DNA of 64,000 nt from Dipteris shenzhenensis (lineage: Eukaryota): assembly GCA_047967505.1 (NCBI GenBank), contig CM106538.1; one strand, written 5' to 3'. The position numbers and the translations under genes are program-made. The notes beneath the pieces are model-generated. The model did not search any database, was not told the origin of the DNA, and saw nothing but the letters and a program-made list of their open reading frames with translations. Shown here one piece after another: positions 1-12,334 of the stretch (position 1 is the stretch's first letter; each line of letters opens with the position of its first letter).

Positions 1-566
1 CCTTGGCCATCATGGCCCTCTCCTCATCTGATTTGGGACTATCTACCTGACTCAGTTTCACATATGGAGGAAATGGAGTGCTTACTGCCTTCCCCCCTCC
101 ATATTGAAACACTACAACACTTTTGTAACATACTCCTTCTGTGAAAGCCAAAGGAGTTTCCTACTCCGATCACACGTGATGCGCGTACCAAGAATATGAC
201 CTGCAGGTCCCAAAACTTCCATGTTAAAGGCCTCATGCAACTTGGCCTTCAATGCATCAAGCTCATAAGTGTTCTTGCTAGCCAATAACATACCATCCAC
301 ATAAAGTACCAGGAGTATCAGGCTATTATCCTAAGCCCTTTTAGTGTAGAGGCAATGATCAATCTCACTTCTTCTGCAACCTTGGGACCGAATGAAAGCA
401 TCAAACTTGTGATACCATTCTCTAGGTGCTTGTTTAAGGCCATAGAGACTCTTTTTTAGCTTGCAAACCAAATGCTCTTTGCCCTTTTCTTCAAAGCCTT
501 CTGGCTATATCATATAAATTTCCTCATGCAAATCCCCATGCAAGAAAGCTGTCTTGACATCCATCT

Positions 567-934
567 ACATAAGCTCCATATCCTCTATTGCCACAAGTCC
601 AAGTACACATCTAAGTGTGGTCATCTTTATAACCAAAGAGAATATCTCATCAAAGTCCACACCTTTCTCTTGCTTGAGCCCTTTAGCAACCAAACAGTCC
701 TTGTACTTGGGCACATCATCACCTGTGACCTTCATCTTGTAGACCCATTTACATAAGCTCCATATCCTCTATTACCACAAGTCCAAGTACACATCTAAGT
801 GTGGTCATCTTCACAACCAAAGAGAATATCTCATCAAAGTCCACACCCTTCTCTTACTTGAGCCCTTTAGCAACCAAACAGGCCTTGTACTTGCGCACAT
901 CATCACCTGTGACCTTCATCTTGTAGACCCATTT
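567..934. repeat. 184-bp tandem duplication inside the copia RT
   Basis: 567-750 and 751-934 are near-identical and both start acataagctccatatcctctatt. ACAT microhomology at the junction. The length is not a multiple of 3. Confidence 0.9.
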
Positions 935-3900
935 ACATGGCAATGCTTTTTTTTCATGTGGTAAAGAAACCAAGTCCCAAGTCTTATTCTTTATGAGTGA
1001 ACTCATCTCTAATTGCATAGCATACTCCCACTTGCGCTGATCCTCACGCATCATAGCCTCTTTGTAGAGCAAGAAGGCTCCCCGCAATCAGTAAGCATCA
1101 CATAGTCTACCCCTGGAACAAATCTCTCAAGCAGTCTAGTCACTCTAGATGTTCTTCTCAAGGGCATTTCAACTTGCTATCCCTCCTACATATCAGCCAC
1201 ATTTGGCTCATCATTGCCACTAATAGATGATCCATCATCTGCCCTTGATTGTGTACTTGTGGGTGTATCTGGTGGCACCATTTCTTGCACATTTGGTGCA
1301 TGGACATCTTGCTGTCTATCAACATATGCGGGTGGATTCACATCCTAGAAAGTGATTCTCCTCATTTCCACATCCCTCATGGATGTAATGCATCTTCTTC
1401 TCATTGAAGACCACATCATGGCTTTGTATGGTTTTCTTTGCTTCTGGATCCCAGAGACGATAGCCCATCTCTCCACTTTCACCATAACCTAGAAAGATGC
1501 ATTTCCTAGACTTAGGATCTAGCTTCTTCTGAAGCTCTTTTGGCACATGCGCATATGCCTCACACCCAAATATATGCAAATGAGAGTAAGAGGGCTTCTT
1601 GCCACTCCATGCCTCTTCAGGAATACCACCATCCAAACTCCTGCTAGGTGATCTATTGATCACATGCACTGCAGTCTTCATTGCCTCGGCCCAAAAACCA
1701 CCAGAAAGACTTGCATTGGAAAGCATACATTGCAACCTTTCTTGAATGGTGTGATTCATCTGTTCTGCAACTGGATTCTGCTCTAGAGTACGAGGGGACG
1801 TGAGCTCCCTCTTAATCCCATGTGTATCATAGAAATGCTGAAAGTCATGAGAGACATACTCTCCACCATTATCTCCGTAGGCATTTAAGTGTTCTACCTG
1901 ACTGATTTTCAGCCAAAGCCAACCATTTTTGAAATACCTGGAACACATCACTCTTTCGAGCTATAGCATAAGCCCAAACTTTCCTAGTTGCATCATTAAT
2001 GAATGTCACATAGTATTCAGCCTCGCCTAATGAGCATGTAGGCATGGAACCACATATGTTTGAATGCACCAAATCAAGCCTTTCAAGCTTTTTCTTTCCC
2101 CTTCTTTTATGGGCTAAACTAGTTTGCTTCCCATAGAGACAGTGCTCACAAAATTCAAAATTAGAAAAATTCAAATGCGGTACATAACCCAAATGGCATA
2201 AGAGTTTCATTCCATTCTGGCTCATGTGTCCCAACCTGCAATGCCACAAAGAAGTACTTGGCTGCTTGGTTATTGCAACAACATGATCAAACACCCCTGA
2301 TACATGTAAGGGATACAAAGTCCCACACTTGGCACCCCTAGCCAAAACCATAGAGCACTTCTAAATTTTCCAACTCTGAAAGCCAAAAGTGGTTTGAAAA
2401 CCAGCATCATCTAACTGACCCGTGCTGAAATAAGACTCTTGGTCAACTTACGCACATGTCTCACATTTTTCAATTCAAATGCAGAGCCATTTGCAAAAGA
2501 AAACTTTATGTCACCTGCTCCCACTATGTCACATGCATAGTTATTTCCAAGATGCACACAACCTGTCTTTCCATTGCCATAAGTGGAGAACCATTCCCTA
2601 TGGGGAGTAACATCGAATGAATCACCAGAATCCAAAATCCAATCCTGGGAATATGCATCATCTGAAGTGGTAAGCAAGTCTGCAGGTAGATTAGACATGA
2701 AGAGAATGTCATTGTTACTATCATCAGTGACTATATTAATCTCCTCGATCTTCATTTTTCCTTTGTCCTCCCTTGGACTCTCTTCCTTCTTATTTGCACC
2801 CCAATTTGCATTCTTTTTCTTATCCTTTTGCTCTCTTTTCAGCTTGTAGCAATCCTTTTTCATATGGCCCTTCTTGCCACAGTGGTAACACTCAATGTTC
2901 CATGCCCTGGATTTGCTACGAGACTTCCCTCTTTCTTGGGACTTCCCCCTGAACTGTGATCTGCCCCTTTGCACATTTAAGGTTACATCCTGCTTGTTGC
3001 CATCCATAGACTTTCTTCTAATCTCCTTGGCCAACAAGCTATCCACAACATCATCAAACTTCAGTACTCCACCAGGTGCAGAGTTACTGAGAGCTATACG
3101 GAAAGTATCCCATGAGGATGGCAATGAACGTAAAAGAAATATTGCCTTAGTCTCTGCATCAAAATTCATCTTCTGAGCCTGAAGCTAGCTGAAAATAATA
3201 TTGAATTCATTCAAGTGAAAAGCAATGGAGACCCCTTTCTTCATCTGCAGCTCAAACAACCTCTTCATGAGGTAAACTTAATTAGAGGCAGTTCCCTTCT
3301 CATAAATGGCACACAATTTCTTCCACAAATCTTTCGTAGTCTGCTCATTTACTACTGTGAAATAAACTAACTCTGCAAGATGAAGTCTTATAGTAGACTT
3401 TGCTAATGCATCCAACTCATTATAATCATCCTCAGACATATCTGCAGGCTTAGCTTCAATCCCTGCCAAGGGTTTAATCTGCTTCTTTTGAATAAGTACA
3501 TCCCTTATCTGTTCTTTCCACAAAGAAAAGTTTGTCCCATCAAACTTTTTAATGCTAAAAAACTTTTTTTCAATCATGGAAGAGGATGCCATAATGGAAA
3601 TGAAACAAAATCCTAAATGCTAGTACTTGCAAAAGAGAAATCACACCAAATACCAGGTGCACCCAATATGTCTGCTTTAATGAAGGATAGTGTCACCAAA
3701 ACTCAAGGCTCAAAGCATCAAAATGCATTAGACTCATGTGCATATACTATGCATCCATATGAGTAAATCTAGCCAAAAGAAAATGTCAACCCACAATGAT
3801 AAAGCAATGGCAAATATAATGCCAATAAGAGCCAAATGCCTCAAGCATAAACACCGTTCATGGGCATAAGCATCAATAATGTCTCATCCAAAAGATCATA

Positions 3901-5127
3901 GCACAATCTGTGCATCCACTGCAATATATCAAAGCTGTCCCTCAGCATAAAATAGCATCTGTGTGATGCTAAACGTCCATCAATAAAGCATCCCACAAGG
4001 CAATCTGGGCCTATCAACGCATCCAACAAGGATCGCAATGCATCCAAATGGCCTGTAAAGCATCCATTGCAACCCAATGCAAACCAGAAATGAGCGCACA
4101 TGGCTTAGACTGCAACCAAAGTGATCTGCATAAGGTATATCTAAGAAATCACAGCCTTATGGCAATGACCGCTAGTGAAAGTAGAACCTGGGATGTCTCA
4201 AAACATGGGCATCACTGCATAATTGAACTCAGTAAGACAATCTGCAAATATCTCTCTTCTGCCACAACTCTAAAATTTCATCCAAGGATGGAGTAAGAGC
4301 CAGTCAACCCTTGCATTTACTTGCAAAAATGAACCTCAGGAAACTTAACCTTAGCCAAAATGCCACATGGCAATCAATGAGAAGGTCTTGGAAACTTTGA
4401 GAAATTTCCTTCAAAGAGACGACGAAAAAACACAGAGAATCACAACTCCCTCGATTCTTCACGGAATGGCAAGCAGCTTTGTAGACATATGTTTCAGGAA
4501 ATCCCGAATCCAACGGGACAGACAGTTGTACAAATGGAGGCCCGGATGTTGAGATCCCACTCATAGAGGAAATGGCAAAATGAAGACGTTGGAGTAGACA
4601 GAGATTCACCATAACTTCAAAAGTTCATGGAACCGGAAGCAGCTTCTCAAGTAGAAGTTTTGGACCACTCTAGATTCACTGGAAGTGTCAGAACTGCAAA
4701 TGGTGGCATGGATATGGAGATCCAACACACGAAATCCTCGTAGGAAATGAATTTTGTCACTTTTTACAGGAGCTGTAACTTTCCACTGAAAACTCGGATG
4801 ATAGAAATGTTAAAAGTGAAAATGTAGCTCTCAATCTGATCTACAACTTCCTTGAAGAGTTCAAGCCAAAATTCTGTCTCTAACTCCAGATATTTGCACT
4901 ACTACATATGTGTGTCTGAGAAGATTTGCTTATATCCTGTGCCTTCAACTTTGCAACCCGGCAAAACAAATGCCCAAGAGGATTTTGCATGTTTCTCTCC
5001 AACTGCTGTAGCAGCTCCAAAATTTGCAACTCCTCCTACTGAACAAGGATCTTTGGGATGCATCACTCTCTCTCCGGGCTAGAGGCTGAACCAGGCTGCT
5101 CACGCTACCTCCAGGCTCTACTGCCAA

Positions 5128-5139
5128 GCTCTAATACCA
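5128..5139 (-). promoter_or_regulatory. Primer-binding site (tRNA-iMet type) of copia A1
   Basis: Minus strand TGGTATTAGAGC, one mismatch to TGGTATCAGAGC, 2 nt from the LTR. Confidence 0.85.
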
Positions 5140-5141
5140 GT

Positions 5142-5292
5142 TGTGAGGACACAATGAAAGTTGAGAGGGATCTTGAGAGACACAAGTTTTGGTGGGTGGA
5201 GAACACCCTAATCTTCTATTTCATACATATATATATGTGTTTGAGTATTGTACACAACCGGGGTTAAGATACAGTGGCCTTTAATCCCCACA
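5142..5292 (-). repeat. 5' LTR of copia A1 (about 151 bp)
   Basis: TG...CA ends and adjacent to the PBS. The right part (acacaagttttggtgggtg...cccaca) is homologous to the LTRs at 50793 and 56512. Confidence 0.85.
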
Positions 5293-5920
5293 GTTGACAG
5301 TCTCCTGAAGAAGTTTCATATGGCAAATTGCAAGATTGCAGCCACTCCCATGCAACAGAGTTTGAAACTTACAAAAGATTCATAAAAGCCTACCATCAAT
5401 GACAGGTGGTATCGGCAGCTCATCGGATCTCTTATATATCTGACTATTACACGGCCAGATATTTGTTATGTAGTAAGTTCACTAGCACAATTTATGGCAA
5501 ATCCAAAACAGTCTCACTGGAATGTAGCCAAAAGAGTCTTGAAATACATCAGAGGTACGAGATAGTTTGGAATAGAATACAAAGGAAGTCATCCAAGATT
5601 GCATGGATACTATGACAGTGACTATACCAGAGATCATGGGACCAACCAAGACATCCATACAGAGATATCTATTTTCCCTTGGTCAAGGTGCTATGTCATG
5701 ATTGTTAAACAAACAGCCAATTGTTTTTTTGTCTTCAACAGAAGCAGAATATAGGGCACTCACTATAGGTGCATGTGAGGCTATATGGCTTAGAAGACTA
5801 TTGTCAGAACTAGATTACTTTCATGAATCAAAGCCAACAACAATATATTGTGAGGATTAATCGGCTCAAGTATTGGCCAAGAATCCAATATACCACTCCA
5901 GAACAAAGCACATTGATCAC
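5293..5920 (+). mobile_element. Copia family B RT/RNase H fragment interrupted by copia A1
   Basis: Encodes LIGSLIYLTITRPDI-, SSTEAEYRAL- and HSRTKHID-like motifs. The nucleotide sequence is colinear with 50285-50730 plus 56957-57190. Confidence 0.85.
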
Positions 5921-6376
5921 AACTTGTGGACATGTGGCAAATAGATTGCCATGCCAAGAGCCACATGGAATAACAAGTAAGCACCAAATTGTGACACTTA
6001 TCAAGTTAAAGTCACATCATCACTCTTTGTAGCCACATGCCACAACTTAATGGAGAAAAAATCAATGTATCTTGGTCAACATTAGATTCAATCTTGACAG
6101 CTCGTTTAGCCATTCATAGGTACTATACTTTTGAAGACTTTTGGGCAATTTTGACAAAGTATTACTCAAAACACAATAAACAAATATGGTATCCTTGAAC
6201 AAGGACATCATCAATTAAAGAAATTTAATATCAAGGCAAAAATAAGATCATAGAATCTTCATTAGCAAGTAACATTAGCTCATTTTGAGTTCATATCAAT
6301 TACTTTTGTGGCAAAGGACATAAGTTCCAGTAACTTGTGCAGCTCAATTGACATTGAAAGCATTTTCACAAATTCT

Positions 6377-6727
6377 TAAAATTGAGGTTATCCTCTCATA
6401 TTGTAGTAAGAGAAGGTATGCAACGTTCAATATTTAAAGTATACCCTTCAAACAAATAAAATACTTATTTCTCATGCACCAATCAATGGATTCCCCCTTT
6501 ATGTTCACAACAAAAGAAATACAAGAAACTAACCATTTTGAAATGTTGTTTTATAGTCTTATGAAGTAGAAAATGTATAGAGCTTGATAAAATCAGGCAC
6601 CTATATTTTCTTTTGTAGAATATAACTAGTATAATGTCACTCATGTGTTTCAAGCTTGCTATAATGTTCCATAGTAAAAACCATAAAATGAAAGCTACTT
6701 GTCACACTCTTATACATGTATAATGTA

Positions 6728-6806
<79 letters not shown>

Positions 6807-7127
6807 ACACGTGCGCGCGCGCACATGCATGTGTGCACTCATGCACAAGTGCATGCATGTGCACATGCACACACACCTCTCTGTGTGTGCTTGCATGCGT
6901 GCAGGCGTGTGTGTGTTCATGCATGGATGCATGCGTGTGTGCTTGTGTTGATGCATGTGCATGTGTATGCATGCACGTGTCCATGCATGTGCATATGTGC
7001 ATGTTGTGTGTGTGCGCATGCACATGGGTAACTCATTGCTGCTTGTGTAATTCATAGGGCTTAAGGCCTATTAGAGTATGACTTTGACTTTACCTCCATA
7101 TTGGTGGCTTGGAAAAAATGGTGTTTA

Positions 7128-7202
<75 letters not shown>

Positions 7203-7450
7203 GCACACACACACACAAGACTTCCATACACTCATTCACTCACTAACTCTTTATCTTTCTTTTCCACAGTCGTGGGGGAGCTTATTCCAAATGCATTGCA
7301 ACCATGTAATCCCATGAAAATTACTTTCAACTACTAGGATAGTGGCTAGACTATGCTTGAAAACCCAAACCCCTTGTGGGCCCCCCTATAACCAATTTGC
7401 TTTTGACTTTGACTCTACCTCCATATTGGTGGCTTGGAAAAAATGGCATT

Positions 7451-7503
<53 letters not shown>

Positions 7504-8830
7504 GCACACACACACACATGCACACACGCACACATGCACACACAAGACTTCCATACACTCATTCACTCACTAACTCTTTATCTTTCTTTTCTAGAGTCGT
7601 GGGGTTTCCCAATGAAACTGTTAAAAGGGAGCTTATTCCAAATGCAATGCAACCATGTAATCCCATGAAAATTACTTTCAACTACTGGGATAGTGGCTAG
7701 ACTATGCTTGAAAACCCAAACCCCTTGTGGGGCCCCTTGTAACCAATTTGCTTTTCTTTGATTGTGAGCAAAAATGCATAACAATCCTTATAATAAATTG
7801 GTATTAATGTCAAAGTTTTGCTACCACCACCTTGAGGATGTTGTTTAATGGCAATAGAGTGTTGTTTTTGCTGGTGGAAAGCATACCCTTGTGTCTTTCA
7901 CATTTGTATCCTAAAGCAAGCTAAATATTCCTAGGTAACATGAGAGATTATCTTTTTAGACCAATAAACAAAGGCTTGCATGTAGTTAGAGGAAGATCCC
8001 CTTGACTAAGCATGTACCTCTCTTATGTTGCAAGATAACGGACCTTTGTTTCCAAATACGTGATTTTAGAGTGTAATTATGACAGTAAATTCGACAAAGC
8101 AAAGGTAGAAAAAGGAAATTTCCACAATGAAATTGGTTACTTACTTGCCATAGTTCACATCTTTCAAATTCATGAATCTCTCATCATACCCTTTTTGGTG
8201 GAGGCTTTGTCTTAGCTTGTTTATCCCTTATTACTTGAAAAGAGTAAGAGGTGCCTTTTTTTGGGCTTTTTACTTTTAGGTGGGGGTGTTGAGGGGTTGA
8301 CTCTAATGTATCTAATTCAATAAACTCTAAGTATGAGGGGTATATTTGTCTCCTAAGCACGTAAAGCTAGTTGAAGTACACAATCTCACATATCAAACCT
8401 TTGCTTACGCATTCCAATGCATTAGAACATGAACTCTAGCTTGTCTTAGAGGTATGGTATTTCTCTATAGAAGCCCTAAGAATAGATATGGGGGGTTTGA
8501 GTAAATATTTATGCATAAGATCACATATGTTAATAAGAGTGTAATGCTTCTCCTTGAGTTGCTATGTATAGACCACTGACAATCATCTATTCACCTTTAG
8601 TATCATGCTTGATCCCAAGGGTGAGTTCCACCTCCTGTCCTTGTCCAAGATGTGTACTAGAGGCCCTTGGTAGCATTGCTAGCTTACAAAAACCTTCTCA
8701 TGAACAATATGGATTATTTTAGAGATGGTCTAGGCCATGAGCCCATACATTGCCTCTACAAGCCTTGATGCACAAGCACATTCATGGAGCAATGTGGTTG
8801 ACAATTCCTTGTGTCTTGCACACCTATACT
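6377..8830. repeat. Dispersed about 2.4-kb repeat, copy 1 (microsatellite-rich, non-coding)
   Basis: Colinear, diverged direct repeat of 12335-14350. Shared anchors include ttcaatatttaaagtatacccttcaaacaaa, tagttagaggaagatccccttgac and gctagttgaagtacaca. Contains (CT)n(CA)n and GCAT-rich tracts. Confidence 0.8.
7079..7756. repeat. About 330-350-bp tandem duplication with (CT)n(CA)n cores
   Basis: Units start tgactttgact.tacctccatattggtggcttgg at about 7079 and 7404. Both end aaacccaaaccccttgtggg..ccc.t.taaccaatttgcttt. Confidence 0.85.
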
Positions 8831-8899
8831 AATTAACAAGAGCCACAAATTGACAAATGAACAAGTCCAATCACACAAGGCTTGGACAGAAGCATAAAA

Positions 8900-9990
8900 A
8901 TTGTTGCATTACTTTTTGTATGTAAATGATGCTATGATGTGCTATGTACAAGATGCAAATATTCCCGAAGATACATGGGATATACTAGTGATAAAACTAT
9001 AGGATACCAATATAAAGGCAAGGAAGATCCAGCTAAAGCAAAAGATGCATAACATAAGTCAAAATAACCAAAGCATATAGGACTATGTGCAAAAGATTAA
9101 GGGATTGCAGATGCACTTCCATCTATAAAAGCACCAATGGATGGTAGTGATCTTGTAACAATCACAATAAAAAGCTTGGGTAAAGGGTATAAGTCATTTG
9201 ATACCTCTATCACAGTGAGAGGTGGAAATCCCTCAAACCTTGAGGGGTTGGATATTTACTCATTGTTAAAGAATTAAAGCTTGGACTTGTTACATCTACT
9301 AGTTTTAGTCCACATGCGAGAGACAAAGCTCTCTGCTCACATAGAGGTGCAAGCAAGGGGAGATTTGCATTAAGTATGTTCAAGCAGATGTGGCTATACA
9401 AATAGACCAACACAACAGAATGCATATCTTGATTATGGTGCACAAGGTGGTAGAGGATCATATCCCAAGTCAGGGGAGAACAAGGCCTAAAGGAAGAGGC
9501 CATTGGCAGCCCTAGCAACATCAACCACATTATGGAATTGATAGTAACTATTTTGGCAAGATTGATCAAATATTGCGAGACTGCTTAAGAAACAAAATGA
9601 CATGCATATGGTAGAAGAGTCCACCATGGACATTATGCATCATCTAGCAATGATGCTAGTGTAGATCATTTGTTTTCCATGAAGCATGTCATGGCCAACA
9701 TGACTTCACGGAGTGGAGATAATGAGACATGGTATGTGGATTCAGGTGCATCAAATCACATGACATTTCATGTAGAGCGGATTAAGAAGATGTCACCTAC
9801 AAAGTCACAATGTTATGTCATTATCCGGGATGATACGCAGCATCATATTACCCATGTGGGGAATGTGCCATTGAAGTATGCATGATGGTAGATTGAAAAC
9901 CATGTTAGAGATGTTGTACTTGCCCTCTATTGTAAAGAATATAGCATCTATTGGACAAATGGTAGAGCAAGGAATGCAAGTAAGGTCCAA
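8900..9990 (+). mobile_element. Decayed copia gag-protease fragment
   Basis: ARKIQLKQKMHNI gag-like segment near 9020. Aspartic protease motif WYVDSGASNHMT in ORF 9670-9885. Confidence 0.75.
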
Positions 9991-10529
9991 GTTACTTGGA
10001 GGTGGTATCTAAGAAAGGCCTTAACAAACTACCAATGGTAATTTCAAGGAAAATTTGGTGAATTTTCCCCTAGAAAATGATGAAAAAAAGCATTATATTT
10101 GTATATAATCTTGGAGTGCTTTGAGTGAAAGGATCTTCTTTTGCCATCTGCCCCTTAGACCAATGGGGTGACAATATAGGAAAAAGGTAAGCTTTGCTGG
10201 ACCAATCCATTTTATTACCCCATTGAAAAAAGGGTGAATTTGTCAAACTGCCTATTATTCACAACCTACTTTTCACACTATGGGAAAAAGGAAGCCTCTG
10301 TAATTTCAAGGTCAATAGAAAGAACCTGGTCTTTCAAATTTGTTCTAATAGATCTACCCAAAAAAAGCACCATTGATTGTTTAGAAAGCCATTTTTGGGG
10401 GGTTTACAACTTGTGAAGAAGATGGTAATAGACCTAGAAGAAGGATACTAAAGCTTGGGATTTCCTCCATGGATTTCCTTTCGCTTGAGACAACAATGTT
10501 TTTATGGGGGATGTTTTTGGTGGACATTA

Positions 10530-11113
10530 TACAAAAACTATGGGGAAGACTCAATAGAGGCTTTATATAGGAAACCAAAGTTTGGGATTATTCCATTAGA
10601 TAACGTCTCAAATGAAAAATGATGTCCTTTTTATCGTTGTAAAAATCTAAATTAGTATTGCTAGGTAGACAAGTACATAGTAAAGGTGGGATTACACAAA
10701 AACTATACAAAAGCTACGGCGGGGAAGACACATAGTTGGGGCTATTTAGGAAATACATGGGGAAGACTCGTAGTAGAAGGTATATTAAGGAAATTAGGGT
10801 TTGGGAGCATTCCAATCTATAACCTCTCAAATGAAAAAATGTGTCCTCTTTATGGTTGGAAATATCTAAATTGTTGTTGCTAGGTAGACAAGTATATAGT
10901 AAAGGTGGGATTATACAAAAACTATATGAAAGCTATGGGACTTGTACTAGAGGCTATATAGGAAAGGCATGGGGAAGAGTCGTAGTATAAGGTATATATA
11001 GGAAATCAAAGTTTGGGATCATTCCAATCGATAACCTCTCAAATGAAAAAATGTATCCTCTTTATAGTTGGAAATTTTTAAATTTATCTTGCTAGGTAGA
11101 CAAGTACATAGTA
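10530..11113. repeat. About 215-bp tandem repeat, roughly 2.7 copies
   Basis: ggaaa....gtttggga..attcca...ataac.tctcaaatgaaaaa...tgctaggtagacaagta.atagtaa recurs at about 10570, 10789 and 11001. Confidence 0.85.
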
Positions 11114-12334
11114 ATGATGGAGGCGTGAGAAGCCATGGGGCTAGTAAGCTAATTGCCCACAATAGCTTTGCATTTGTTGAGGATGGAGTGTCCTTTGTGA
11201 CATAGATGCAATGGACCAAAAGAGAGGAACTCTAATGTAGAGAAACTACTACTCATAAGCATTTCTTCAACAAGCTAGCAATCACAATATGGATTTTCTT
11301 GTAAGCCTAGTGGACATAGACGATATTCATGACTTTGGACTTGGTTCAACTTTTGGAAAGCTTTCATGCATGTAAATTTGTGCATGTTCATAGTGCACCA
11401 TTGATAATTGCTAGTTATTGTCCCCTCTTGAAATGTTGAGTTTTCTAATGCCAAAGTTTTCATTTTTATGGGTATACATTTTATAGTGCATGATTGATCA
11501 TGAATGATGTTGCCCCACAAAGTGTTAAGACTTCTCCTATAAAAGGACATGTCAAATACTAAAAACTTGAGAATCTCCCTCTTTGGTGTTGAACTTGGAA
11601 AATTTCACAAACATGCACTTAGACACTTCATGGAGCAAGAAATTCTATAAAAATTTAAGACAAATAAATAATCTTTGTTGGTCTCCTACAAAATTAGAAT
11701 TCAACACTTTATGGCATGCAAGGGACTACACATGTATGGTATAGTTAAAAAGGATGCTTCGTTCAAACATTGTCTTGGGAACAACATGGATGATCAATGT
11801 GATTCTACTCTTTGTGACAAGATAACAATACAAAAGGGAGAGATCTTGTTGCTCTATCACATCTTGCAAGTCAACATTAGAGTTGGATGTTGAAGGAGGT
11901 AAAGATGAAGTGGAACATTTTAAATGTGCGGTACTAAAAATAATATTCTTCATTCTTCATAAAGTTAGACAATTAAATCTCTTGTAACAAGAAAGTGGAG
12001 AAAGTATAAGAAAGTTAAGTACAATGTTGATGATCAGAGCATAAAGTATAAGATAGTTAAGAAATTATTAGAAGCATGCCTTATTCAAGTGTTGCACTTA
12101 AGACCAATGCTAATGATTGATGCTAGTCTACCTTTGGTTACAAGTTATCAATAAAAGAGGGAGAGATCTTGTCATTGAGGTGTCAAAGTCAACATGAGCA
12201 GAGCATGAACGTAACGACAAAGTTTGGGACACTTGATAGTAAGAAGTTTAGTACACCCATAAGTTAGTGTCAAAGCATTAACTCCCATCCCTTGAGAGTG
12301 GTCTTTTTTGGGCTAAGCCCTAGAATATAGGATG

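Larger units (their letters stand above)
1..5292 (-). mobile_element. Ty1/copia LTR retrotransposon (Tnt1/Tork-like, family A copy 1), decayed, running off the left window edge
   Basis: Minus-strand ORF fragments in copia order: gag (3278-3592 IKKFDGTNFSLWKEQI; 2411-3169 with CCHC knuckle CYHCGKKGHMKKDC and protease WILDSG), GAG-pre-integrase/integrase (1869-2351, 1319-1951, DNGGEY) and RT (854-1087 YKACLVAKG, 112-300). Multiple frameshifts and stops. PBS and 5' LTR are at the right end. Confidence 0.95.

Noticed and set aside
6637-7700. ORFs with THTH/SLSL/CVCV runs
   Set aside because: They are translations of (CA)n, (CT)n and GCAT microsatellites. The same applies to ORFs at 12.5-13.0, 25.8-26.3, 38.2-38.4 and 43.5-44.1 kb.
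10530-11113. Repeat arrays as CRISPR (also 30841-31435, 39080-39190, 63281-63485)
   Set aside because: Whole units are repeated with no unique spacers, there are no cas genes, and the context is eukaryotic.
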